Part shown: piece after piece, positions 1 through 13,049 of the stretch
How the letters are laid out: the number at the start of each line of letters is the position of its first letter
Position numbering within the stretch: position 1 is the stretch's first letter
Assembly: GCF_009834535.1 (NCBI RefSeq)
Contig: NC_045696.1
Location: 70,310,001 to 70,374,000 of the forward strand
DNA length: 64,000 bases
Source: Camelus ferus
Lineage: Eukaryota
Direction: 5' to 3'
Made by a program: the position numbers and the translations under genes
The notes under the pieces: generated by a model
Database searches by the model: none
Seen by the model: the letters and a program-made list of their open reading frames with translations, nothing else
Told to the model about the DNA's origin: nothing

Positions 1-769
1 GGGGTCTGGCTGGTGCACAGCATCCAACACACAGCTTCTGTCTTGTAGGCCTTCCATACCACTCTCCTCACACCTTGTCCCTGCTTTGGTCATTCAATGC
101 AAGAAGCCCCAGACTCCCAGCCATGCCTCATCACCTGGCTGTCATCCCTGTCCAGCTCTGTACATCTCCTAATCTGATGCCTGGTCTTCCTCAACTTCCC
201 AAATCCTTCCCTTGAGTCCTCTAGAATTCACAATTTGCATCAGCAAAATCTCCTCTATTCTTAAAATGTTCTCTGAACATTCCTTTGTCTTCTTGGCCTA
301 AATTCTTAGCGTCTTCAAGGGAGTCTCCAATGAAAGACTTTACCAGCCATCTTCTGAAAGATGGAGAAATAAAACAAAAATAATTGTGGGGGCCAGTATC
401 ACCTTTCTTAGTGGTAGAGGCCAGTTCGGAGGATGTGAGTAGTATGTTAATCCTATGCACTTGCTAACGTTGCACCTGAGAATTAGTCTGCCCCACACAG
501 TCACAGAAGCACTGGACTACACACATATATTCCTTTCTGTTTTCTGAAGTTTTAAATAACTTATGTAGTTTTAAATAATTCTCTATTGCATGTCAGTTTT
601 CTCAGATCGTCTTTGGAAACAGGTGAAGCATAATTAGGGGAAAAAAGAGGGGTAAGATTCTCAAAAACAGATGAACGATAGTAGGAAGTAATATGGGTTA
701 TGTGCTAAATGAATAATGGAGAGTATTAGTGCTAGAATTCAGAGAAGGAGGTGGTCACTAAAAAATCAA

Positions 770-2680
770 TGCCCACTAACCTCAAGGAGGCTGTCCTATT
801 ACACTTACCCCAGCCATTCACTTCCTCACTCCTCTAGATGACTATTTCATACCCCTTCTTTTTCCAAATTTCTTGGCTTCCTCAGCTGATGTCCTTGCTT
901 CATTCACAGAAAAAACAGAAGCAATAGAAGGCATCGCCATGAGTACCCACTAACACATCTACCCACCCTCACCCCTGCATCTGTATGCATATGTCCTTCC
1001 GTCCCTCCTATTTCTGTGAACGAACTGTCTGCTCGCCTATCAAACCGTGGCTCCTCCACCCTACTCGGACCACCCCCTTTCACCTACTCAAATGCACCAC
1101 CCCACCAGTCCTCTTCTCTTCCTTCTGCTTCATCAATGCCCCTCGTTCTATGCCTTCTTTCCAATCAGCATATACACAAGCTGTAATGTGTTCCATCTTA
1201 AAAAAAAAATCTTGTTAAAAATTTTTTCTCCTAGCTTAAAAACTCTTGATCCTATCTCTCCTTCCAGCTACCAGCACGTTTCTCTTCTTTCCTTCATAGC
1301 AAACAACTATACTGATGATTCTCCTTGTCTCCCATTGCTTTCCTCTCCTCTTCTCTTGAACCCATTTCAGTCAGACTTGTATTCCCACCACCCCACCAAT
1401 AATGCCTTAGTAAAGGTCACCAATGACTCTTTCATTGCTGAATCTGTTTGTAAGTTCCAGGTTCTCATGCTACTTGACTCATTGGTCATTCCCTCTGCCT
1501 TAGAAAAGCTTGCTTCCCTTGATTGCAGGATACCACCTCTCTTGATTTCTTCCACCTCACTTGCTTCCTTCTTAGTCACTACTGCTGTTTCTTTATCTCC
1601 CTCGTTTGTAAATGTTGGAAGGCCCCAGGGCCCAGTCTTTAAACCTCTTCTTTTGTCTCTGTTCACCCACTCTCTTGGTGATCTCATTTAGTTTCATGGC
1701 TTTAAATATCTACACATTGAAAATGCCTAAATTCACACCTTCAGCCTGGATCTCCCCTGTTTGACTGTCTACTTGATATTTACATTTGGATGTCTAATGG
1801 ATAGCTAAAACTTAACATGTTCAATGTTGAGTGCTTGATATCTACCAGCTTCTCCTGCAGCTTGCCCTGTTCTCAGTAAACAGAAGCTTCATCCTGTCGG
1901 TTGCTCAGGACATTAACCTCAGCATCATCTTTGTCTCTTTCTCACTCTCCATGTCTAATCCATCAGCAAATCTTGGCTCTACCTGCAAATATACCCAGAG
2001 TCCTCGTCTCAACTACTCATCACTGCCTCTTCTGCTGTCACCTGGGTCTAAGTTAGCTTTCTCTTAAGTAAATAGCATCCTAGTGGGACTCCCGGCTTCC
2101 CTCGTTTTATTATGGCCTTATTGACTCAGCAGCCAGACCAATTCTTCCATATAAATCCTCCAGTGCCTTCCCATCTCATTTAGAATAAAAATGAGATTCT
2201 TTACAATGCCACAAGGCCCTACAGGACCTAGCCCTACCTCTCTGACTTCATCTCCTATTTCTCTGCTTGGATCATTCCCCCCAGCCAACCTCCTTGGTGC
2301 TCTCTGAACCAGCCAAGCAAGCTCCTGCCCCAGGGCCTTTGAACTTCTCATCCTTCTACCCGAAACTCATGGCCCTCAGCTATCAGCATAGCTTGCTTTC
2401 TCCCTTTTTAAGCTTCTGTTTCAATGTCACCTTGTTAGAAGGTCCTTCTGACTACTTCACATACAATAGCAACCTTCCCCTTCCTTGTTACTCCTATCTC
2501 CTTGACACTGCATTTTCTCTGCAGCACAATTACTGTCTGAATATTATGTAATTGTTTGTCTATTTGCTTATTTTCTATGCTTCCTCCTCAAATGTAAGCT
2601 CTAAAAGCAGGCACTTTGGGCGTTTTGTGTGTTGTTGTGTCTGAAACCTCGACCAGCACCCAGTACGTAGGAGGAAGCCC
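770..2680 (+). mobile_element. Ancient L2 LINE, RT region through 3' end (boundaries approximate)
   Basis: ORF 1047-1691 contains NPFQSDLYSHHPTNNALVKVTND...LMLLD and GRPQGPVFKPLLLSLFTHSLGDLI, decayed L2/CR1-clade RT motifs (QSGFRPxHSTETALxKVTND; GVPQGSVLGPLLF). An L2-type pyrimidine-rich 3' region follows. Confidence 0.9.
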
Positions 2681-2681
2681 A

Positions 2682-3578
2682 TGTTGACATGAAGCCTTAC
2701 CTATCACATAAACAGTCAATTAACACATATTTTGTGTATTATATGTATTGTATGCTGTATTCTTATGGTAAAGTGAGCTAGGGAAAAAATGGCATTAAGA
2801 CAATCATAAGGAGGAGAAAATACATTTACAGTACTGTGCTGTATTTATCGTAGCATAAGTTTATGTTGTCTGTTTACAAAATGAATCATCTGTCATTACC
2901 CCCTTCAATATTGTCTTATATGATACAGAACATGGTAGATGTTATCCTTGTTACTAATGCTAGATATCAAAAATGAAAAGATAATGTGAAAAAGAAATTT
3001 GTATTTATTTACAGGTATAGCAATTCATGCATTGATAACAAAGAAACAGCAGTCTGATTCCTTTATGGTAGCCTAGTGTAATCCATACCATTGCTTCATG
3101 GTAGCCTAGCCTATTCACTAATAAATAAATCACTATAAAAATTTTATGGCACAGAGTATTATATACAGTCTATTCATAATACAGTGTTGGAAACATTGTT
3201 ACATTTAAAAAAAACACTTACCTATCATCATAGGGTGATATGCAGTTTATCCAGTTATGAAAGAGAGAGACATTAGTCATGTAATTCTTTGAAAACAAAG
3301 TTATAAAACAGTAATAAAACATATATTATTGATTTTTTATTAAATATCACTCACCTTATGCCCCTTTTAGGGTAAACTAGTATCTATGTATATTTTATGC
3401 ATTTGTGGTATACCTTTTTCTTAAATTTTTCAATATTTCTAGGCTATGTGGCTCATTGGTGAATTGTTTCAAATTGTTGCAAATCTCCAAAAAATTTTCC
3501 AGTATATTTATTGAAAAAAAAAACCTGCATGTAAGTGGACCTACATAGTTCAAATGTGTGTTGTTCAAAGGCCAACTG
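2682..3578 (-). mobile_element. Tigger2-family (TcMar-Tigger) non-autonomous DNA transposon, one end missing
   Basis: Right end ...gtaagtggacctacatagttcaaatgtgtgttgttcaaaggccaactg|TA is the reverse complement of the Tigger2 terminus CAGTTGACCCTTGAACAACAC. 2682-2830 matches the Tigger2a/MER28 3' body. Confidence 0.8.
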
Positions 3579-4176
3579 TATTTACTGAAATCTTAACTTA
3601 TCCCTTGTCTGAGATGAGCCACTCTAAAATATCATACCTCCTGTTCTGCATGCTGGAGATCAGCCCAGGAGATCTTAGCAACACTAAAGAAAGCTGTAGA
3701 ATGATTGCTTATCTAGTGTCTGTTTAAAACTATGTAGCACAGCTTAATGTAACATGGTGTAAAAACTAAATTTCCATTGGTAACCCTAAATTTTGCCTTG
3801 CCTACCAACCCCCAACTACAGAACACATGATCCAATAAAAATTTCCCTAATTTGTGATTTACATTAAACAAAATCTACAAAGAACTAATCCAATTACACT
3901 TTGTTGTACAACTTAAAAATTCTCCGTATTTAAGACAATAACATTATGTAAAAAAACATAAAATTCAAGTTTATTTATTATTAGAAAGTATGAAAAGTTG
4001 AAATCTGAACTGTTGCAGAGAATCTGTTTTGTCGTACCACTGTGTTTTTAGCTATTCTGCTGGTCCTAAGAAATATCTCATAATTTAGATTCTATGTCAG
4101 AAAATGGGACAAACCTTATGAAGTAAAATTTAAATAAATCATTCCATGAACCGGGTATATTGAGAGTAGGTTTTTG

Positions 4177-4202
4177 GCTGTACTCCCCACTAGATGGTGC
4201 TG
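4177..4202 (+). promoter_or_regulatory. Candidate CTCF binding site
   Basis: CCACTAGATGGTGCT at 4187-4201 closely matches the core CCASYAGRKGGCRS. It is preceded by gctgtact, resembling the upstream (ZF9-11) motif, in non-repetitive AT-rich DNA. Confidence 0.55.
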
Positions 4203-4782
4203 CTAAGGAGTTATCATTACAATTCCAATTTAGAGATCCACTTTTAACTAAGCAATAGAATATAATTCATATGTTTAAGGATGGTTCTCTAATAAAATTT
4301 GTTTTTAAAACTTTAGACAAAATGGTCTGTGGGCCCATAGGCCTTGTGTGTTGATGTAATATAGGTCAATTTCATAAATAACAGGCACGCTGAGTGGGTG
4401 GAAATAGGAGATAGATTTTCAGCTGTAACAGCATTTGAAATTATTAGATTTCCAGCAATCATAATGTACTTGGTTTTCAATAACCTTTCTCAAACTTAAA
4501 AAATTACATAAGATGCACGTAATTTTCTCATAGATTTTCTTCAAGCTACAGAAGTGAATAGTATAGTACCATTTCAATTAAAAAACCCAGTTGCCTGTTC
4601 TTATATGGCTCATGAAAACCAGCTTTAATTGATTCTTTAAAATATGGGAAGAGCTTTAAAAACAATAATTGAACAGTTGGATTTATGGCTCTTTCTATGA
4701 AGAGACTTTGTCTATTAGACAGAAAATTGAGAGTTTTTTACACTGTATATATACACTGTGTAACAATATAATAGTATGAGCT

Positions 4783-4926
4783 GGGGTGGGGCGTATAACT
4801 CAGTCGTAGAACCCGTACCTAGCGTGTACAAGGTCCTGGGTTCAACCCCCAGTACCTCCATCAGATAAAAAATAATAATAATTAATAAATAAGTAAATAA
4901 ACCTAATTACCTCACCCCACAAAAAA
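4783..4926 (+). mobile_element. tRNA-derived SINE, camelid vic-1-like
   Basis: A-box-like tataactcagtcgtag, B-box ggttcaacccc, cagtacctcc, AT-rich tail with aaacctaattacctc, A tail, and degenerate TSD (atagtatgagct / atatcacgagct). Confidence 0.85.
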
Positions 4927-5204
4927 TATCACGAGCTACTGGTAAAATATAATCATTAGTCCCCTTGACCATTTCCTAAGAGCCATTAATTTCAGTGGGA
5001 AAACACGTGGATATAGGTAGTCAGATTCTATAATTTACTACAGATTTGAGGCTTTAATTGGAATTTGGGGGTCAGATACCTTTTATTTTATCCTCTGTGG
5101 AAATGGAATCTTACTGTGAAATAGCTGTTGCATTTTCTTTTATAGATTAAATTCCAGCTTCTTTACCTTTTACGCACTGATTCTATTTTTTGTCTTTTAA
5201 TTAT

Positions 5205-5692
5205 TGTTGTTTTCCCGGCTTTATTGTGATATAATTGACATATAACATTGTGTTAGTTTAATGTGTACAATGGTGATGATTTGATACACATATTTATTGG
5301 AAGGTGACTACCGTGAGGTTACTTGACACATCCATCTCCTCACATAGTTACTTGTGTGTGTGTGTATGCGTGTGCGTGTGTGTTGAGAACATTTAAGAGA
5401 TACTTTCTTGGCAATACAATATAGCATTGTTAACTTTAGTTACCATGCTGTACATTAGTCGCTCAAAATGTATTAATCCTATAACTGTAAGTTTATACCC
5501 TTTGACCACCTTCATTCATTGTCCTCCCTACCCCCAGCCCCAGTGACCACCAATCTACAGTTTCTGTGAGTTTGATTTTTTTTAGACTCCACATATAAGT
5601 GAGATCATACAGTATTCGTCTTTGTGTCTGACTTATTTCACTTAGCATAATGCCCTCAAGTTTTATCCGTGTTGCTGCAAATGGCAGGATTT
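5205..5692 (-). mobile_element. L1 3' end (older L1MA-like), containing a (TG)n tract at 5354-5382
   Basis: Typical antisense L1 3'UTR text: ataattgacatataacattgtg; ccacatataagtgagatcatacagtatt; cttatttcacttagcataatgccctcaag. Confidence 0.85.
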
Positions 5693-5793
5693 TTTTTAAA
5701 TTGAGTTATAGTCAGTATACAATGTTGTGTCAATTTCCAGTGTAGAGCACAATTTTTCAGTCATACATGAATATACATGTATTCATTTTCACA
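5693..5793 (-). mobile_element. ~100-bp 5'-truncated younger L1 3' end inserted into the older L1
   Basis: Perfect 16-bp TSD gcaaatggcaggattt at 5677-5692 and 5794-5809. The body resembles the L1 tail at 40980-41070. Confidence 0.85.
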
Positions 5794-6679
5794 GCAAATG
5801 GCAGGATTTAATCATTATTGTTACTTTCTCCTAGTGTTTCCAGAATTGGTATGAGAAAAGGGAAGGCATCATTTACATAATCATTTGCCTAATTATCTAC
5901 ATTTACTTGCATAAGTTATAAATCTATATGAGCACAGGAGAGGCAGATGGGAGGAGAAAGGAGAGGAGTCTGGAGTGGGGGGTTGGAACTTCACAAAGGT
6001 CTTCTGGGACTTCCCTTTAAGAAAAAGGGAATCTGGGATGGCAACATCTAGGGAGTCAGTCCAGTGGAGCCGAGCTGAGCTGACCTGGAGCGTCGTTGAG
6101 GCTACGGGAGGATACAGACTATGAGATTGTCACTGGCAAGAGCAAAAGAGGAAAGGAAAGCAGGCAACAGGAGCACAACTCAATACACTTCTTTCTTTTC
6201 TCTGCAGCTGATGTTCCCAGTCCCCAGTGCCTCTGCCTGGAGATGGGGGAAGCGGGAGGTCAGGGCAGGGGATTAGCAGCTGTTCTCCCCGGCTGCTGGC
6301 AGGGGAGCGGCCCAGCACACAGACCCTTTCTTCTTCCCTGGAGGCAGTGGGAAGCCGCTGTGAGTGGAGCCTTGTTTCTTGGTCTCTCCATCTCCCGGTC
6401 ATCAGAGGGAAGCCTCTGTGTAGCAGTCTGTCTCTCACTCCTGGGCAGGGCTGGGCCAGAGGACAACACAAAGAGAAATATCCCAGCATATTAGCGCCCT
6501 CTTTTAACTCTTGGTAAGTTAGGCAATTTGGCAGATCCCAGGCTGGAGGCTGGCTTCACCTGGAGGAGGTAGTTTGGGAGGGATCTTAATCTGATGCTTC
6601 AGGGAAATCCTTTTCTTTGCCTCCAAAAGACTTAGTAGCATAATTAGAGCAGTAATTGCCAGACTAATAAGATCACGCC

Positions 6680-6706
6680 TTTTTTTTTTTTTTTTTTTTT
6701 TTTTTT
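6680..6706. repeat. poly(T)27 tract
   Basis: Read directly from the sequence. Confidence 0.95.
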
Positions 6707-6809
6707 GGTTAAAAGAGTAAGGACGGGGCAAGAGAGTGAAGTGAGAGAATGCACCCTCAGTATGGCTTAATATATGCATGAGAATAACCATTGTCTTAGA
6801 AAAAATTTA

Positions 6810-7010
6810 CAGCGTCCTTACTATTGCAGGGCCCTGTTCTAAATACTCTGCATGCATTTAATACAACAACCCTACGTGGTAGGTATTATTATCTCCATTT
6901 TACAGATGAGGAAACTGAAGCACAAAAACGATCCTTACTCAACGACACACAGAGGCAAACCTAGGATTTTATCTCAGGCAGTCTTGACTTAGAGTCTATG
7001 CTCTTAGCTA
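6810..7010 (-). mobile_element. MIR SINE
   Basis: MIR core ctccattttacagatgaggaaactgaagcaca. Confidence 0.85.
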
Positions 7011-7564
7011 GTATTCCATGCAATATGTCCTTATTTATAATCACAAATATATGTCACTGTGGTAACATGTTGCTTATGAGACATAGACATACATGGACAT
7101 CTTTAAAGATAAGGATAAAAATAAATAGAATTTCTGCTATATTCTTCCTTTACTCCAATGGATTGTTTTATAATCCCTCATTTTAGAGACCACTCTTTGA
7201 GAAGTTGGAGCCCTGTGGAAAGAGGCTGACCACCACAGGGGAACATGAGCTGGACCACAGCACCGGGTCCCTTTTAAAATAAAAAAAAGTTATGCAAGTG
7301 CTCATATAAGAGTTGTACCTTTTATATCTGTTGATTGAGGGAAGATACAATGATTAAAGCTATTAAGTAGCACTTGAGCTTTTAAGTGATTGGATTTTAT
7401 TCACTACAACAGCATCTACCTCATGTACAAAACACTCCACATATGCACAAGTCACATTCATTTTTCAGTCTACATGAGATACTTGATGTATGTATGGATT
7501 TGCCTGCTTGTAGCATAACCCCAGGCCCCTGGAGGTACCCAGCTTTTGTAGATGTTGAGATCTG

Positions 7565-7760
7565 CTGGTACAGTGGTAAGAGTCTGGTTTTCAGAACCAG
7601 CCAGAACTGGATTGAATTCTAGTGCCACGTATGTGACCGGGGATGTGTAACAAACATTTCTGAACCAGAGTTTCCTCATTTGTAAAACGAGACTGACATA
7701 ACCTGGCTTGTCTGTTATAAGGAGAGCTACATATGAAAAGTCTCTGGTACATATTGGCAC
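7565..7760 (+). mobile_element. MIR SINE
   Basis: tctgaaccagagtttcctcatttgtaaaa, a MIR core variant. Confidence 0.7.
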
Positions 7761-8356
7761 AATAAAAGGTAATTACAATTCTGAGGACCAGATCTCCTCT
7801 GAAGCTACTGGAGCACTTACACCTACTCTTTCCAACACTTTGGGAAAGCCCTAGCAATTTTGTGAATTGTAATTTTGTATTCTTTTTCTTAAAGAGGTTC
7901 CCTAAGATCCTACATATTTCGAGCTCACAGTGAATCCACCTCATTACTATCACGTGACCCTTTGACTCTAAAGGGAACACCTGTGCAACAAGGTGCTGTA
8001 ATGCCTACTGAAGCACCAACCCCTCTGATTAGGAGTAAAGGCAAACAAGTGATGTAGGTTGGGGGAGCATGTGAATTGCTGAGGCAGTTCCTAGAGAAAG
8101 GGCTTAAATAGCTACCCTCCAAGATGTGAAAGTGAGAACGCTAAGTATTCAGCCTCATGGGGATGGGGGTGGGGTTGTGGAGGGGGTGGGGAGTGGGTAG
8201 GGGAAGGTGGGCAAGCACTGAGAGGGAACAGAGATGCTTCCTGACTCCCTGAATCTCTGCATAGCAACCAAATCAGCAGGAGTTTGCCTCCCCATCTGCC
8301 TAGTCAGACATAGAATTAAGATCATCACTTAGTTGGGTTCTGAATAGTGTCCCAAA

Positions 8357-8536
8357 CTGGCGGTTCCCAACCCTGGTTGCACAGGCAAATGAATCTGGTG
8401 AGCTTTGAAAAAATCCTGATACTTGGGCTCATTCCCGGAGATTCCCATTTATTTGGCCTTAAGTGGGGCCTGGATACTCGCATTTTCACAAGTTCCCCAG
8501 GAGATTCCAGTGTACAGTCAGGGCTGAGAGCCACCG
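8357..8536. mobile_element. MER5A-type hAT-Charlie MITE
   Basis: Long imperfect terminal inverted repeats ggcggttcccaaccctggttgcaca / tgtacagtcagggctgagagccacc, ~180 bp, MER5A-like interior. Confidence 0.8.
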
Positions 8537-8895
8537 TCTAAATTAGTACGACAGACAATGGTGTCTAACCTAGTGCTCAGCAGTGGGTAGACAGTAGCAG
8601 ACATTTCTCAGGACTGCGGTGGGCCAGGCACTGCACTAGGAACCAAGACACCTATGAGATTTGACTATCTCTGGGCCACAAGGAATTTGCAGTCTACTGA
8701 GGGAGAAGCATACAAGCCAATATGACGCTTGGAAGAGAGGCTTTTGGTAGAGCTAGGAAATGTCAAGGAAGACTTCCTGGAGGAGTTACCTGAGTCATAA
8801 AGGATAAAGATGAAGAAGGCAAACGGGGAGAGATGTCCAGACAAAGGGAACAGTCGCTGCACAAAGGCTTACAGGTATGAACTACATTTCGAGGG

Positions 8896-9299
8896 TGTGA
8901 TGGTGAATTTCATATATGAACTTGATTGGCCATAGGGTACTCAGAAATTTGATTAAATATTACTTCTGGGTGTGTCTATAAGGTGTTTCTGGATGGGATT
9001 AGCATTAAATTGGTAGGCTGAGTAAACCAGATCCTGTTCTAAGTTGTGGGCCTCATCCAATCCACTGAAGACCTGAATAGAATAAAAGGATAAAAAAAAT
9101 CCTCTTCCTTTACCTTACGGTCTTGGAGCTGGGATATGGGTCTTCCTCTACCTTCAGATTTGAACTTGGAAGAACTATGCTGTGGGTTCTTCTGGATCTA
9201 GGCTTCTCAGCCTCTCTAATCGTGTGAGCTAATTCTTTGTTAAAAAAATCTTTTAAAAATATATTGGTTCTGTTTCTCTGGAAAACCCTGACTAATACA
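8896..9299 (+). mobile_element. MLT2 (ERVL) solo LTR inside an L2 fragment
   Basis: Starts TGTGATGGT and ends ttggttctgtttctctggaaaaccctgactaataCA. 5-bp TSD gaggg/gaagg. Confidence 0.85.
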
Positions 9300-12200
9300 G
9301 AAGGTATATTGGTTGGGGTGGGGGTGTGGGAATGACATGTAATTTGGGATTATTAGAGTGGAAAAAAAAAGGTGAGACAATGAGAATCAGGTGGGGTGAG
9401 AGGGTAATACAGACACTGGACCACTGGGCAGCCTGAAGGTGGCCGGCAGGGGCAGGGGCCGGAACTGTGCCAGGTGAGCAGCCCCTGTGAGGAGAGGGAA
9501 ATGGCTCAGTGCCAGCGTGACCAAACCCATCTAGCTCACATGAGGCTCCTCTGGACCCCAAGCCGGAGGAGGAGGGACTACAGGGCTCTGGACAAACCTA
9601 GCCAAATTGGGTGATAGAACGGGGAAGGAGACCACCTTTGTTGAGTTTGAGTTCTTTTGAGCTCATGTGGAAGGCCCTGGGCACATCCTGGTAGGGCTTT
9701 TTGACAAACACAGACTGAGACTTCAGGCCATCCTGAAATTCAGTCCGCCCCATCTCTGGCCTGGCAATACTCTTTCCAAAGCTACTTCACTTAGGAGTTC
9801 AATAATATGTGTTATTCTCAATAATACATTTTGTTTGAAAGTTTTGTTTTTTAAGTTTTCATACATCCATTTTTGTCTTTAATAATGTCTTTCATAGTTC
9901 CATGGTCAGAAATGTGTTTCTTCTCCATCACTGGGATAAACATGTTTTTCTGTTTGTATTTCTAGGTCATTTAACCAGTTTGTTTGTTCTAGTTTATATT
10001 TAATGCTCTGACTCATGGTGACACTGTTTACTATACTCTGGCACTACGCTAAATTGCTTTACATGCATTATCTAAGTTACTCCTCAAAAGTACCCTCAAG
10101 ATAGGTATTATGAGTCCCTTCTTACCAAGAAGGACGAGACCTAGGAATTTTAAGAAACTCACCAAAGATGATCTGATTCCAGTTTTGTTCTTAATTACTA
10201 TATGTGTAAGTAAATAGTTTTTTATACCAATATCTAATTCTCTCAGTAGTATTTATCAGTGATTCCTTTTGTCACTGTCCTAGTTCTGATTTGTTACACC
10301 TTAAACTCTTAGAGTTTGAATTAATCTGTTACATTTCTACTTTTTCTGGCTCAACAATCTTATTATGTTTTTAATTTAGTTCTCCATTGCTTTTGTAATT
10401 ACCACTTTATAATATGTTTTAAAATTTAGTAAAGTAAAATATACAGTAGGGTGGGTCAGTAATCATTCCTTTTTAAAAAAAATTCGTTGGCATTCTTGTT
10501 ATTATACCAGAGGAATTGCTCTCTTCATTTATTAGGGACTTCAACCTGCTGAGGCTTTAATTGATAAATCTACATATTAACCTTGGAAATACTATTATAT
10601 TTACTTTCCTAATCAGGAGCAAGTACAGCATTTAGTTTATTAACAGCTCTCTCTATGATTTCTCTGAATCAGTCTTGCCACAAGTTCGATCAATTCTCTT
10701 GTATTTAATATGTTTTTTGTTGCAGTAGCCACAATAGAATTCTTTTTTATTGTATTTCCTTGTTACATATCAATACATATACTGATATATAACACAATAA
10801 GCATAAATACAATATAGCATATATATTGTATCTACATACGTACATACAAATGTTTTAGAGTCAGTCCTGCAACTAAGCTCATTACCTCCAGGAATTAAAT
10901 TCTTAATTTCCTTAGAAATTAAGGTCTGTAATCATGCCATCTGTAAAATAGATACTTCTGTTTCTTCCTTACTAATATTTATATACAATATTTTCTCTCT
11001 TCTTGAATAGTTATTGACAACATTTCTGGAACAATAGATCCTGATTTGAGAAACCAATGTGAGTTTCTTCTTTAAGAATAAAAGCAACTCTGTTTTCAAT
11101 ACGCACTCCATTGTGTTTAGACTGGAAATTCCACAAAGCTAATGTTGTCTTCGTTTCCTGTTTAGAAGGGCTGAGGATAAAAATAATTTGGAAGCAGCTC
11201 AAATCAAAATAAGCCAAAAAAAAAAAAAAAAAAGTACATCATCAGGACATCTAGAAATGATTGTTCCTACTTTTTTTCCTGGGCATCGCTCAAGAGTTTC
11301 ACACACACAAGTCTCTTTAATTCGTCTCTCCTTGGAGCTTAGATCCCTAGTGCCACAGTCAGTAGTTATGAGGGTCCCTGCCCTGAGATGCTGATATTTT
11401 TCTTGTTACCAGCCCCCTTCTTCCACATTCCCTCCCCAGGAGTCAAGGTTATATTCTCATATAAGAGAGATGAGTTTAAACAATTCAGAATAGGAATCTG
11501 CCTTTCTGATAAATTACTGAACTAAATTCCACATGATAAAAAGCAGCCCTAAATTACCAACACCTGATTTTAAGAGTTTCTATCAGGAAGAGATGAGAAT
11601 TATACCCCCGAACATTAAAACATGTATCTTTGGATACATACATTTATTTCCATTTTCCTGTTAATATGATGTTCTATATTATTTTTACTTCTTCGTACCA
11701 GATTTGTGTTTCTAGATTAAGCATAGTGACTGACACATGTAAAGTATTTTCTTGTGCTAACGCAAAATCTTAATATTTATGTTCATTAATGAGATTGGTC
11801 TATAATTTGATTTCATATTCCTATTCAGATTTTGAAATCAATCATACTCACTTCATAAAATAAGTTAGGTAAGATACAATACAGACACAAACACATCCAC
11901 TTAAAGTTTATGTAACATAGGGGTTGTATTTTGTTCCTTGAAAGCTTGGGAAATTGTCACACACCCATCAGGACTAGGCATCTTTGTGGAGTAACTGCTT
12001 GTATTCCTTTTTCAGTTATTTGAACTGTCATGGCACTTCATATTTTTGTAAGCAAGTACCCATTTGGTTATGCATTATGTCATTATTTCTAGTCTTGCTG
12101 GTTTGTATTTTTTTCTTGTTTTCATTGAGACAATGCTCATTTATTTAAAAATGCTTTTTACTTTTTTTTTTTTTAATATACTAGCTTGGTTTTTTCCCTT

Positions 12201-12379
12201 TACTTATGTATGTTCTTGTATCATTTTTTTTCTACTCTTGACTTGCTACTTTTTCCTCTCACCAAATATTTTAGGTAGAGTTTTAGTTCATTACGTTTAT
12301 CTTTTAATTTACGTATTAATAAAGGTACTCAGAATGATCTTTCCCCCAATAACTGGTTTGTATGAGGTTTCCCTATATA

Positions 12380-12632
12380 ATAATGCAGTGGCTAAGAGCA
12401 CGGGCTCCAGAGTGAGGCTGCCTGGTTTCAAATCTCAGTTTTGGGCCTTATCAGCTGTGCTGCCTTGAATAAGTTACTGAACCACTCCGTGCCTCCAGCT
12501 TTCTCATCTGTAAAGAAGGCGTGGTTATTAGGATCCATCCTGTAGATGATTTTTGTAAAGATTATACCAGATAGTGTGAGCACTTAACATTGCTTGTGGC
12601 ACATAGTAAGTTGTTAATAAATGTTAGTGTGT
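12380..12632 (+). mobile_element. MIR SINE
   Basis: gcagtggctaagagcacgggctccagag...ctttctcatctgtaaa...gcacatagtaagttgttaataaatgttag. Confidence 0.85.
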
Positions 12633-12861
12633 TAGTTGTCAGTGCTATTATTTTTAATTAGAAACTTTGAATTATCTAGTTCCATCTGTAGGCGTCCTCA
12701 TAGAGAAGAGGCATTTCTGGTGAGGGGTAGGGTGGACAAGAAGCCCGGCCTCCAAGGTTGGTGTCTGGGTGAGGGGTGGGGGAGGATCTGTGATTCCCAA
12801 GCCGATAGTGTGGGTTTACATCTGCAAAACCATGTCAACTGCTTTCAAGAACTGGAGCTTG

Positions 12862-13049
12862 TACAAAACAGACAAACAAGGTCATACTGTATAGTACAGG
12901 GAACTATATTCAATGGCTTGTAATAACCTATAATGGAAAAGAATCTGAAAAAGAATATATATATGTATAACTGAACCACTATATTGTACACTAGAAACTA
13001 ACACAACATTGTAAATCAACTATACTTCAATTTAAAAAAAAGAGGAGAA
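12862..13049 (+). mobile_element. 5'-truncated cetartiodactyl-type L1 3' end
   Basis: ctgtatagtacagggaactatattcaat...acaacattgtaaatcaactatacttcaat plus A tail. Degenerate TSD aagaactggagcttg (12847-12861) / aaaaattagagcttg (13050-13064). Confidence 0.85.

Noticed and set aside
4783..4860. tRNA-like A/B boxes (also at 50140-50211 and 58420-58490)
   Set aside because: SINE heads with tails and TSDs, not tRNA genes.
6096..6517. Cluster of overlapping 70-130 aa ORFs
   Set aside because: Moderately GC-rich patch with no recognisable protein or coherent splice structure; possibly an old LTR.
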